From: Acidimicrobiia bacterium
GTDB lineage: Bacteria; Actinomycetota; Acidimicrobiia; IMCC26256; PALSA-610
Length of the DNA stretch: 64,000 nt
Direction of reading: 5' to 3'
Assembly (NCBI GenBank): GCA_052148155.1
Contig: JBKQIY010000051.1
Location: 878-64,877, forward strand
Shown here piece by piece: positions 10,184 to 20,328 of the stretch. Numbering within the stretch: the stretch's first letter is position 1; every line of letters starts with the position of its first letter. The position numbers and the translations under genes were made by a program. The notes beneath the pieces are model-generated. The model was not told the DNA's origin. It made no database searches and saw only the letters and a program-made list of their open reading frames with translations.

Positions 10184-10693
10184 GTGGCGACCGCCCTCTG
10201 CCCGGGGTCTTTCGATCCAGTGACCTTGGGGCATCTCGACATCATCGAGCGCACCGCACGCCACTTCGACGTGGTCATCGTCGCGGTCACCCGAAATCCG
10301 CAAAAGGCGCAATCGCTGTTCAGCCTCGACGAACGCCAACAGATGTTGAAGGAGGCCACCGCCCACCTCGCCAACATCCAGATCGAGGTACTCCAAGGCC
10401 TGCTCGTCGATTTTGCCGCCGACCACAACGCGAACGCGATCGTGAAAGGCCTGCGGGCGATCTCCGACTTCGACTACGAACTGCAGATGGCGCAGATGAA
10501 TCAGCGCCTCTCCGGCATCGACACGTTCTTCATCTCGACAACCCCGCAGCACTCGTTCTTGTCGTCGAGTCTCGTACGCGAGGTCGCGCGCTTCGGTGGA
10601 GACGTCTCGAGCATGGTGCCGCCTCACGTCGCCGACCGGCTCGTCGAGATGTTCCCACGCAAGTCGAAGAACTCCACGGAGAGGCAACACTGA
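10184..10693 (+). CDS. coaD: Phosphopantetheine adenylyltransferase
   Basis: ALCPGSFDPVTLGHLDIIERTA..IVKGLRAISDFDYELQMAQMN..SSSLVREVARFGGDVS. Confidence 0.93.
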   Translation: MATALCPGSFDPVTLGHLDIIERTARHFDVVIVAVTRNPQKAQSLFSLDERQQMLKEATAHLANIQIEVLQGLLVDFAADHNANAIVKGLRAISDFDYELQMAQMNQRLSGIDTFFISTTPQHSFLSSSLVREVARFGGDVSSMVPPHVADRLVEMFPRKSKNSTERQH

Positions 10694-11238
10694 TGCTCGA
10701 GGATGAGCCCGAGAAGGTCCCGGACACCGCCGCGCTGTTGACCCAGCTCCGCGAGGCGCTCGACGCTGCCCGTTCGATGCCCCTTTCGGCGTCGGTGATG
10801 CTGAACCGCGACGAGTTCGGTGAGATCCTCCAAGACGCGATCGACGGTCTGCCCGAAGAGCTTCGACAGGCCCGCTGGCTGCTCAAAGAACGCGACGAAG
10901 TGCTCGAACGAGCCCAACGGGAAGCGGAACGGATCATCGACGTCGCCCGCGTGCGGGCGGAACGAATGGTCGAGCGCACCGAAGTCGTCCGCGAGGCCCG
11001 ACGATCAGCCGAGGACACCATCGACCAGGCCGGACGTCTCGCCGCGCAGATGCGCCTCGAAGCCGAGGACTACGTGGACCGCAAGCTCGCCAGCTTCGAG
11101 GTGGTCCTCGACCGCACCATGCAGCAGGTCGCCAAGGGCCGTGAACGGCTGTCGGTGCACGCACCGACCCACGAGGACCTCCTCGGCCCCGACGCCGACG
11201 AGGCCGAGCAGGCGTTCTTCGACCAAGACGACGGCTAA
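10693..11238 (+). CDS. DivIVA-like coiled-coil protein (resembles mycobacterial SepIVA/Rv2927c in sequence pattern and in its position upstream of yceD)
   Basis: ARSMPLSASVMLNRDEFGEILQDAIDGLPEELRQAR...EDYVDRKLASFEVVLDRTMQQVAKGRERL. The similarity to SepIVA is from memory, not from a search. Confidence 0.55.
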   Translation: MLEDEPEKVPDTAALLTQLREALDAARSMPLSASVMLNRDEFGEILQDAIDGLPEELRQARWLLKERDEVLERAQREAERIIDVARVRAERMVERTEVVREARRSAEDTIDQAGRLAAQMRLEAEDYVDRKLASFEVVLDRTMQQVAKGRERLSVHAPTHEDLLGPDADEAEQAFFDQDDG

Positions 11239-11429
11239 CGATTTGTCCGATTCGCCCGGTCCGGGCAGAAGCGGAAATGAGCCCTGACCTGCTACGATCC
11301 GGGACCTGCCGGGGTAGGGCGAGGTAGTTTGCCGCCGTTGCCCCGGACTGGGCCTCGACGGGACTGTTCAAGCCCGTGCAGGCCCCCAACACTGGCCGAG
11401 CCGGCCCACCGGCACCCAAGCGAGCGACC

Positions 11430-11939
11430 ATGCCGTCCACGTCCACCATGCTGCGCATCCCCCTCGCAGCCGCGCTCCGGCATCCCGGCAACGCGCGACA
11501 GGTCGCGTCGACGGTCGAGCTCGACGGTCTGTCCGGCGTCGCGGCGGAGATCTCGGCCGGGACGCCGGTCGCGATCGACGTGCAGCTCGAACGCGTGCCG
11601 GAGGGCATCGTCGTACGCGGCACCCTCTCGACCGCCTGGGTGTCGGCGTGCAGCCGATGTCTCGAGCCGGTCGGCGGCGAAATCTCAGTGCACGTCGACG
11701 AGCTCTTCGAGCTGGTGCCCCTCGATGGCGAGACGTACCAGCTCGACGAGGACGTCATCGACCTCGAGCCGATGGTGCGAGACGCGTTGCTGCTCGAGCT
11801 GCCGCTCGCCCCACTGTGCGATCCCGATTGCGCGGGGCTGTGCGCAACCTGCGGCGTGAACCGCAATCTGACGGCATGCGAATGCGTCACCACCGAGATC
11901 GACCCTCGCTGGGCGGCCTTACGGTCGCTCGAGCTGTGA
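11430..11939 (+). CDS. yceD: YceD/DUF177 family protein (start uncertain: 11376, 11430 or 11448)
   Basis: CSRCLEPVGGEISVHVDELFE..PLCDPDCAGLCATCGVNRN. It lies immediately upstream of rpmF. Confidence 0.85.
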   Translation: MPSTSTMLRIPLAAALRHPGNARQVASTVELDGLSGVAAEISAGTPVAIDVQLERVPEGIVVRGTLSTAWVSACSRCLEPVGGEISVHVDELFELVPLDGETYQLDEDVIDLEPMVRDALLLELPLAPLCDPDCAGLCATCGVNRNLTACECVTTEIDPRWAALRSLEL

Positions 11940-11957
11940 TCTGACAGGAGTGCTGCG

Positions 11958-12137
11958 ATGGCTGTCCCGAAGCGCAAGATGAGTCGTTCCTCGACCCGCT
12001 CGCGCAAGTCCGCCAACATGCGGCTCGTGCCGAGCGCGCACTCGTTGTGCCCGAATTGCGGAGCCTCGAAGCTTCCGCACACGGTATGCGGCAATTGTGG
12101 GTTCTATCGAGGTCGGCAGGTTCTCGACGTCGACTGA
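11958..12137 (+). CDS. rpmF: 50S ribosomal protein L32
   Basis: Not in the ORF track (59 aa). My own translation reads MAVPKRKMSRSSTRSRKSANMRLVPSAHSLCPNCGASKLPHTVCGNCGFYRGRQVLDVD. Confidence 0.9.
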   Translation: MAVPKRKMSRSSTRSRKSANMRLVPSAHSLCPNCGASKLPHTVCGNCGFYRGRQVLDVD

Positions 12138-12186
12138 CCGACACGATGTCGACGCGAACGGCGGCCGCGATGTTCGGGACGCCGCG

Positions 12187-13191
12187 ATGAGGCCGGCGAT
12201 CGCGCTCGACGCGATGGGCGGCGACCGCGCGCCCGCGCAGATCGTGGCCGGCGGTGTACGTGCCGCGGCCGAACTCGATGTCGAGATCCTGCTCGTCGGC
12301 GCCCCTGACGTCATCGCCGCGCATTTGCCGGACGGTGTGCTGCCCGACCGGGTCGAGGTGCTCGCCGCCTCGGAGGTCATCGCGATGGATGACGAGCCGG
12401 CGTCAGCGGTTCGTACCAAGAAGGACTCCTCGCTCGTGGTCGGCGCCCGCGCCGTGCGCGACGGCCGCGCCGCAGCGTTGGTCGGAGCGGGCAACACCGG
12501 TGCGACCATGGCGGCGGCGCTGTTGGGATTCGGGCGCATCCGCGGGGTGCACCGGCCGGCGATCGCGGTGCCGTTACCGATGTTCGACGCTGCACGCGCG
12601 CAGCTCCTCATCGACGGTGGCGCCACCGTCGATCCACGACCCGAGTGGCTCGTCGAATGGGCGCTTCTCGGCCGCGAATACGCCCGGGTGCGGCTCGGAG
12701 TCGACGAACCTACCGTTGCGTTGCTCTCGAACGGCGAAGAACCCGGCAAGGGCGACGCGCTCCGCAAAGCCGCGTGGCCGTTGCTCTCCGAGGTGAAAGG
12801 TTGGGTCGGCAACATCGAAGGCCGCGATCTGTTGCGGGCATCGGCCGACGTGATCGTCACCGACGGCTTCACCGGCAACGTCGCGTTGAAGACCGTCGAA
12901 GGAGCGCTCGCCGGCCTCGCCGGGCTCGTGTTCGGGGTGCTCGACGAGCCTGAGTGGGCTTCGGTAGCCGACGCGCTGAAGCTTCGCATGCTCGGAGCCG
13001 CCGCACCCTTGCTGCCCGACAACACCGGCGGTGCGCTGCTGCTCGGCGTCGACGGCGTCTGCGTGATATCGCACGGCGCGTCGTCGGCGACCGCGATCGT
13101 CAACGCGGTACGGGTCGCGCGCGACTGTGTAACGGCCCGCGTGATCGAGCGTCTCACCGGAGCGGCCCGTGAGTGGGCAGGTCGGGACTAA
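12187..13191 (+). CDS. plsX: Phosphate acyltransferase PlsX
   Basis: IALDAMGGDRAP..AVRTKKDSS..LLSNGEEPGKG..GNIEGRDL..DVIVTDGFTGNVALKT. Confidence 0.92.
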   Translation: MRPAIALDAMGGDRAPAQIVAGGVRAAAELDVEILLVGAPDVIAAHLPDGVLPDRVEVLAASEVIAMDDEPASAVRTKKDSSLVVGARAVRDGRAAALVGAGNTGATMAAALLGFGRIRGVHRPAIAVPLPMFDAARAQLLIDGGATVDPRPEWLVEWALLGREYARVRLGVDEPTVALLSNGEEPGKGDALRKAAWPLLSEVKGWVGNIEGRDLLRASADVIVTDGFTGNVALKTVEGALAGLAGLVFGVLDEPEWASVADALKLRMLGAAAPLLPDNTGGALLLGVDGVCVISHGASSATAIVNAVRVARDCVTARVIERLTGAAREWAGRD

Positions 13192-13193
13192 CC

Positions 13194-13499
13194 ATGCCGG
13201 CCGAGACGCACAGCCACCGCGGGCCGATCGACCATGCCGAGCTCGAACGCATCGTGCGGGAGCAGCTCGCCGACATCCTCGACGTCGATCCCGACGCGGT
13301 CACGCCCGACGCACGTTTGCGTGACGATCTCGACGCCGACGACTACGCGCTCCTCGAGCTCGTCGAGGCCGTCGAGGCGGAGCTCGGCGAACGGATGGTC
13401 GGTCTGGCGATCGACGACGAAGACGTCGCGGAGTGGCGCACCGTACGAGACGCCATCGATTGCGTCACCGCCGGCGTGAACGCCGAGGCGTCCCCATGA
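13194..13499 (+). CDS. Acyl-carrier-protein-fold protein lacking the phosphopantetheine-attachment serine (DLDADDY instead of DLGADSL)
   Basis: IVREQLADILDVDPDAVTPDARLRDDLDADDYALLELVEAVEAELG aligns by eye to ACP helices I-II. Its stop overlaps the rnc ATG (ATGA). Confidence 0.7.
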   Translation: MPAETHSHRGPIDHAELERIVREQLADILDVDPDAVTPDARLRDDLDADDYALLELVEAVEAELGERMVGLAIDDEDVAEWRTVRDAIDCVTAGVNAEASP

Positions 13500-14299
13500 C
13501 CGCTTCGACGGAAGCTCCGACACCGACCGACAAGCCGACCGGCGGGCTGGACCAGCTCGAAGCCGCGCTCGGAGTCCGCTTCAACGATCGTTCACTGCTG
13601 CTCGGATCGCTCGCGCACCGATCGTGGTGCGCGGAGCATGACCGGTCACCGTCGAACGAACGCCTCGAATTTCTCGGCGACTCCGTACTCGGGCTCGTCG
13701 TGACGCACTACGTGTTCGAACACTTTCCCCATCTGCCCGAAGGTCATCTGTCGGAGGTACGTGCAGGTCTGGTCAACGCACGGGTGCTCGCCGAGGTCGC
13801 GCAAGAGATCGACCTTGGCGCTCACCTGCTGTTGGGCAAAGGCGAAGACGCCGCCGGAGGGCGGGCGAAACAGTCGATCCTCGCCGACGCGTTCGAAGCA
13901 GTCGTAGCCGCGGTCTACCTCGATTCAGATCTCGCGACCACCCGTGATCTCGTGTTGCGGTGCCTCGGTGATCGCATCACCGAGGCCGTCGCCGGACCGG
14001 GCGGACGCGACTACAAAACACGCCTGCAGGAGCTTGCCGCGGCGCAATCCATCGGGCGACCCCGTTACGTCGTGCGAGACGAGGGCCCCGACCACGCCAA
14101 ACACTTCTTCGCCGCGGTGTACTTCGGCGACGAATGCTTCGGTGAAGGCGAAGGCGGATCGAAAAAGCTCGCCGAGCAGGGGGCTGCTTGGTTTGCGTGG
14201 TCGCGTCTGCAAGAAGCCGCCGAACCAGGAACCGACGCCGGCGCGCAGGGACACGAAAACACGGGCGAACGGGGAGACGGGGATGCCGGAACTACCTGA
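13496..14299 (+). CDS. rnc: Ribonuclease III
   Basis: NERLEFLGDSVLGLVV..ADAFEAVVAAVYLD..DYKTRLQE..GPDHAKHF..G.GGSKKLAEQ. Confidence 0.93.
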   Translation: MTASTEAPTPTDKPTGGLDQLEAALGVRFNDRSLLLGSLAHRSWCAEHDRSPSNERLEFLGDSVLGLVVTHYVFEHFPHLPEGHLSEVRAGLVNARVLAEVAQEIDLGAHLLLGKGEDAAGGRAKQSILADAFEAVVAAVYLDSDLATTRDLVLRCLGDRITEAVAGPGGRDYKTRLQELAAAQSIGRPRYVVRDEGPDHAKHFFAAVYFGDECFGEGEGGSKKLAEQGAAWFAWSRLQEAAEPGTDAGAQGHENTGERGDGDAGTT

Positions 14300-15122
14300 G
14301 GTCGAAGTGATGCGACGCGACCTCGAACGCGAGGTTGTCGGCAAGAAGATCAAGTCGGTCGAGGTGACCGGGACCCGCTCGGTCCGGCGTCACCGGAACC
14401 GAAAAGAATTCATCGACGTGCTCGGCGGCCGCAAGATCGTCGCGGTCCAACGCCGCGGCAAATATCTCGTCATGAAGCTCGACGGCGCGGACGCACTCGT
14501 TGTCCATCTCGGAATGTCAGGTCAGCTGTTACGGGCGAAGACCGCACGCGAAAAGGCGCCGAAGCACACACACGTCGTGATCACGTTCACGCAAGGCGGC
14601 CTGCTCCGATTCGTCGATCCGCGCACGTTCGGCGAAATGTTCGTGACCGCCTACGACGAGATCGACCAGCAGGTCGAAGAGCTCGCCCACCTCGGCATCG
14701 ACCCGCTCGAGACTGCGCTTTCGTGGGACCTGTTCGGACGGATGCTCGCCGAACGTAAGACCAAGCTGAAACCGCTCCTCATGGACCAGAAGTTCATCGC
14801 CGGGATCGGCAACGTCTACAGCGACGAGATCCTCTTCGAAGCCGGACTCAAATGGGACCGACAGAGCGATTCGCTCTCCCAGCAAGAAGTTCGGCGCCTG
14901 TACCGCGCGATCAGCGAAACCCTCCAAGGCGCGGTGAAGTACCGCGGCTCGTCACTGGCCGACGAGGGCTACGTCGACCTGTTCGGAAAGCCCGGCGAAT
15001 ATCAGGAGCACCACCAGGTGTACGGCCGCGAAGGTCAAGCCTGTGTGCGATGCCGCCGGCCCATCCACCGGGCCCGCTACTCGAACCGATCGACGTTCTT
15101 TTGCGACGCGTGTCAAGTGTGA
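14283..15122 (+). CDS. mutM: Formamidopyrimidine-DNA glycosylase
   Basis: MPELPEVEV..GMSG..DPR.FG.. with a C-terminal zinc finger CVRCRRPI..FFCDACQ. Confidence 0.92.
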   Translation: MPELPEVEVMRRDLEREVVGKKIKSVEVTGTRSVRRHRNRKEFIDVLGGRKIVAVQRRGKYLVMKLDGADALVVHLGMSGQLLRAKTAREKAPKHTHVVITFTQGGLLRFVDPRTFGEMFVTAYDEIDQQVEELAHLGIDPLETALSWDLFGRMLAERKTKLKPLLMDQKFIAGIGNVYSDEILFEAGLKWDRQSDSLSQQEVRRLYRAISETLQGAVKYRGSSLADEGYVDLFGKPGEYQEHHQVYGREGQACVRCRRPIHRARYSNRSTFFCDACQV

Positions 15123-15394
15123 CAACCACGATCCGCGTCCGCGTGGTCGTCACCGGACGGGTACAGGGCGTGTGGTTCCGGGATACCTGTCAGGACGTGG
15201 CCAAGGCCGCCGGGGTGCACGGATATGTCCGCAACCGGGCCGACACCGCGGTGGAGGCCGAGTTCGAAGGTCCGGAGCCTGCCGTCGAGCACGTGATTGC
15301 ATGGTGTCGGACCGGCCCAACGCGGGCGAGGGTCGACGGCGTCGACGTCGAGCGGATCGCAACCGTCGGCGACCGTTCCTTTCGGATCCGGTGA
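15119..15394 (+). CDS. acyP: Acylphosphatase
   Basis: RVRVVVTGRVQGVWFRDTCQDVAKAAGVHGYVRNRADTAVEAEFEG. The GTG start overlaps the mutM stop. Confidence 0.88.
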   Translation: MTTTIRVRVVVTGRVQGVWFRDTCQDVAKAAGVHGYVRNRADTAVEAEFEGPEPAVEHVIAWCRTGPTRARVDGVDVERIATVGDRSFRIR

Positions 15395-15497
15395 ACCGCG
15401 CCGCGCACGGCGGAGGCCGGCCGCGAGCCAGCGCGTCGGGAGTCCCCGCTGGGTGCGGCGGACGCCCCTACGATCGGCATCAGGAGGAGGGGGCCTG

Positions 15498-18400
15498 GTG
15501 TTCCTGCGATCACTCACACTGAAGGGTTTCAAGTCCTTCGCCGACAAGACCACGCTCGATTTCGAGCCCGGCGTCTGTGTCGTGGTCGGCCCCAACGGGT
15601 CGGGCAAGTCGAACATCGTCGACTCGGTGGCGTGGGTGCTCGGCGCGCAAGGCGCCCGTGCCCTGCGAGGCGGAAAGATGGACGACGTCATCTTCGCCGG
15701 TACCGCCGAACGGCCGGCGCTCGGTCGCGCGGAAGTGGCGCTCACGATCGACAACACGGCCGGGATGCTCCCGATCGAGTTTTCCGAGGTCACGCTCACC
15801 CGCACGTTGTTCCGGACCGGCGAGTCGGAATACATGATCAACGGCGCTCCGTGCCGGCTGCTCGACATCCAAGAGCTGCTCTCCGACACCGGCATCGGTC
15901 GCCAGCAGCACGTGATCGTCGGGCAGGGTCAACTCGACGCCGTACTGAACGCCCGTCCCGAGGACCGCCGGGCGATCATCGAAGAAGCGGCCGGCATCTT
16001 GAAGTTCCGCAAACGCCGCGAAAAAGCTCAGCGGCGACTCGAAGCCACCGAGGGCAACCTGCTGCGCCTCACGGACCTTCTGCGCGAAGTGCGGCGCCAA
16101 CTGCGTCCGCTCGAACGGCAGGCCGACGCGGCGCGCCGCCATGACGGAATCGTGCTCGAGCTGCGGTCGATCACGTTGCACCTTGCCGGACGCGAAATCG
16201 ACCGCCTCCAAAGCCGCGAGCAACGCCGCGTCGACGCACGCCGCGACCTGGCGCGCGAGGAACAAGACCTTCGAGTCAGACTGACCAGACTCGACGACGA
16301 CGTGATCGGTGCCGAACGCGCCCTGGCAGTGCCAGGCGGCGACGATGTCGCCGATCTGCTGGCGCGCACGGAAGCGTTACGTGAACGGAGTCGCGGACTG
16401 ACCAACCTTGTCGCCGAACGTCGGCGGGGGCTCGAACGCGAGTTAGCTGCCGTCGCCGACGAAGGCGTCGTTGAGACGCTCGTCGCCGAAGCTGCCCGGG
16501 CCCGCGAGCAGTTGTTGGCAGTCGACATCGACGCGGACATGTTGGTGCCGTTACGCGCCGACGTCGAAGCGGCCGAACGCCGCGCCGCGCAGCTCCACGA
16601 CGCCAACGAATGGGCGTTCGCGGCCGGTGAGCTGCCGTCCACCCGTCTTCGCCGGGAGGCGGAGACCGAGCTCGCCGAGGCCCAGCGCGACGTCGACCAG
16701 CGCGACGCGCACGCCAACGCGATCGCCGCCGACCTGGCGCAGCTGCAACATGAGCTCGCTCAGGTCGCGGCCGAGCTGACGACGATCGAACCGCATCGGG
16801 CCGACGCCGACGAAGCTGAGCGCGCGGCGGCGACGCTGCGCGCCGAGGTCGATGCACGGTCGTCGATCACGCCCGGCCTGACCGACGAGTCCAGAGCGCT
16901 GCGCGGCGCAGAAGAAGCCGTCCAACGCGCCGACGCGGATTGGCGCAACGCCGCCGCCGAGGCATCCCGATGGCGGGCACGCGCCGAGACCCTCGCCCTC
17001 GCGCTCGCCGACTCCGGGTCGGCCGTCGACGCTCCCGCGTTCGACGGCATGATCGGCCGACTTTCCGATCACATCGACGTCGACGTCGACGCCGAGGTCG
17101 CAGTGGCCGCCGCGCTCGGCGAAGCGTTACACGCGATTGTGATCGAAGGCGACGCCGCAGCCCGGGCCGCCGTCGCACGCCTCAAGTCGGCCGACGTGTC
17201 AGCGTTGATGCTGGTGCTGCGCCCAATTGACGGCACTCCCGTGTTGGCCTCGGTGCCGCCCGGCGCGCGGCGACTCGCGTCATGCGTCCGCTCCACCCAT
17301 CCGCCGCTCGATCGTCTCCTCACTCGGCTGCTCGCGCCGTTCGTGCTCGTCGAACAGGGATGGACCGCCGCGCTCGACATCGGGCTCGCGTCACCCGATC
17401 TGATCGCCGTCACACGAGAGGGCGACCGCTTCGGTGGTCCAAGCCCATGGCGGGCCGGGCCCCCAGGGATATCGGCCGTCACTCCCGCCGCCCTCGACGA
17501 CGCCACCGAACGCGCGCGCGTCGCCGAAGCTGACAGCGAAGCAGCCGCGAGGAGCGTCGAGACCGAGCGCCAACGACTTGCCGCCGCCCGCCGGGCTGAA
17601 CTCATCGAGACCGAAGCCGATCGGCGGCGCAGCCAACAGCTCGAAGAGTTGACCAAACGCGCGGCCGAAATGCGCCGCGCGGTCGACGTGCGCGCCGCCT
17701 CGCTCGACGAGCGACACGCGTTCCTCGGCCGCCGAGTCGAGGAACTGCTCGCCGACCAGCCACGAGATCCTGCCGCCCGCCAGGCATCGGCGCAACGGAT
17801 ACGCACAGCAGTGTTGGCGCTCGACGACGCCCGCATCGCCGAGGCCGCCGCGGCCGAACGGCTCGCCGCCAGCCGCGACGAGGTCGAACAAGGCGACGTG
17901 CACGCCGCGCAGCTCCGTCAGCAACTCGAAATCCAGGGTGCGGCCGTCGCCGAACGGCGGTCGGGACTCACGACCCGTCTCGCCGAGTTCGAGGCGCGAC
18001 TTGCGGCACGTCCCGACGAGGAGGCCCGGGCGCGTGCCCGGCGCTCGCAGCTCGAGCACAAGCGCGACGCTATCGACGCGTTGGCGGCCCGGCTTTCGGA
18101 ACGGGCGACCGAAGCCGAACGTCTCGCTGATCGTCTGCGCCGTCGGCGTCGCGAACAATCCGAAGCGGCCCGGGCCGCGGGCGCAAAACTTGACGGCCTC
18201 CGCACCGACCGTTCCGCGGCGGAACAGCTCCTCGCTGAGGTACGCGAGCGGGTCGGCCGGCTGGAGATCGAAGAGGCCGAACTCCGGCTGCGCTTGGAGC
18301 AAGCCGTCGAGAACGTCCGGCGAGAATTCGACTGCGAACCCGACGTCGCGGTTTCGGCACCGATACCGGACGTCGCCGACGGCACCACATTGTCGGCACG

Positions 18401-19046
18401 CGCGCGCGAACTTGAGCGTGACCTGAGACTGATGGGACCGATCAATCCGCTCGCCGTGTCGGAGTTCGACGCGCTCGTCGAGCGGCACGAGTTCTTACAG
18501 CAACAGCTCGACGACGTCCGCAACACCCGTCGCGAACTCGCGCGGGTCATCAAGGCGGTCGACGAAGAGATCGTCAATGTGTTCGAATCCGCATTCGCCG
18601 ACGTCGCTCGCCACTTCTCCGAGTTGTTCGCGATGCTGTTCCCAGGCGGGTCCGGGCGCGTCGTGCTCACCGATCCCCACGACCTCCTGAACACCGGTAT
18701 CGAGATGGAAGCGCGACCCTCGGGCAAGACCGTGCGTCGCCTCTCGTTGTTGTCCGGTGGCGAACGATCACTCACCGCGCTCGCGTACCTGTTCGCCGTG
18801 TTCCGTGCCCGGCCCTCGCCGTTCTACCTCATGGACGAAGTCGAGGCCGCGCTCGACGACGTGAACCTGCACCGATTCCTCGATCTCGTCCACGAATTCC
18901 GAGACGAAGCGCAGCTGCTCATCGTCTCACACCAAAAACGTACGATGGAAGCGGCCGACGTGCTCTACGGCGTCTCGATGCCGCCGGGAGGCTCGAGTCG
19001 AGTCGTGAGCCAACGCATCCGCGACCTCCAGCTCGAAGAGGCGTAA
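15498..19046 (+). CDS. smc: Chromosome segregation protein SMC
   Basis: VFLRSLTLKGFKSFADKTTLDFEPGVCVVVGPNGSGKSNIVDS..LSGGERSLTALAYLFAVF..PFYLMDEVEAALDD. An AGGAGGAGGGGG Shine-Dalgarno sequence lies upstream of the GTG at 15498. Confidence 0.95.
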   Translation: MFLRSLTLKGFKSFADKTTLDFEPGVCVVVGPNGSGKSNIVDSVAWVLGAQGARALRGGKMDDVIFAGTAERPALGRAEVALTIDNTAGMLPIEFSEVTLTRTLFRTGESEYMINGAPCRLLDIQELLSDTGIGRQQHVIVGQGQLDAVLNARPEDRRAIIEEAAGILKFRKRREKAQRRLEATEGNLLRLTDLLREVRRQLRPLERQADAARRHDGIVLELRSITLHLAGREIDRLQSREQRRVDARRDLAREEQDLRVRLTRLDDDVIGAERALAVPGGDDVADLLARTEALRERSRGLTNLVAERRRGLERELAAVADEGVVETLVAEAARAREQLLAVDIDADMLVPLRADVEAAERRAAQLHDANEWAFAAGELPSTRLRREAETELAEAQRDVDQRDAHANAIAADLAQLQHELAQVAAELTTIEPHRADADEAERAAATLRAEVDARSSITPGLTDESRALRGAEEAVQRADADWRNAAAEASRWRARAETLALALADSGSAVDAPAFDGMIGRLSDHIDVDVDAEVAVAAALGEALHAIVIEGDAAARAAVARLKSADVSALMLVLRPIDGTPVLASVPPGARRLASCVRSTHPPLDRLLTRLLAPFVLVEQGWTAALDIGLASPDLIAVTREGDRFGGPSPWRAGPPGISAVTPAALDDATERARVAEADSEAAARSVETERQRLAAARRAELIETEADRRRSQQLEELTKRAAEMRRAVDVRAASLDERHAFLGRRVEELLADQPRDPAARQASAQRIRTAVLALDDARIAEAAAAERLAASRDEVEQGDVHAAQLRQQLEIQGAAVAERRSGLTTRLAEFEARLAARPDEEARARARRSQLEHKRDAIDALAARLSERATEAERLADRLRRRRREQSEAARAAGAKLDGLRTDRSAAEQLLAEVRERVGRLEIEEAELRLRLEQAVENVRREFDCEPDVAVSAPIPDVADGTTLSARARELERDLRLMGPINPLAVSEFDALVERHEFLQQQLDDVRNTRRELARVIKAVDEEIVNVFESAFADVARHFSELFAMLFPGGSGRVVLTDPHDLLNTGIEMEARPSGKTVRRLSLLSGGERSLTALAYLFAVFRARPSPFYLMDEVEAALDDVNLHRFLDLVHEFRDEAQLLIVSHQKRTMEAADVLYGVSMPPGGSSRVVSQRIRDLQLEEA

Positions 19047-19123
19047 CCAGCACAGATCCGTCGCTCGGTCATTGACGACCGACGCGCCAGCGAGAGCGCA
19101 CCGGACGTCGCCACCGTAGACGC

Positions 19124-20317
<1,194 letters not shown>

Positions 20318-20328
20318 AGTACGAAACC

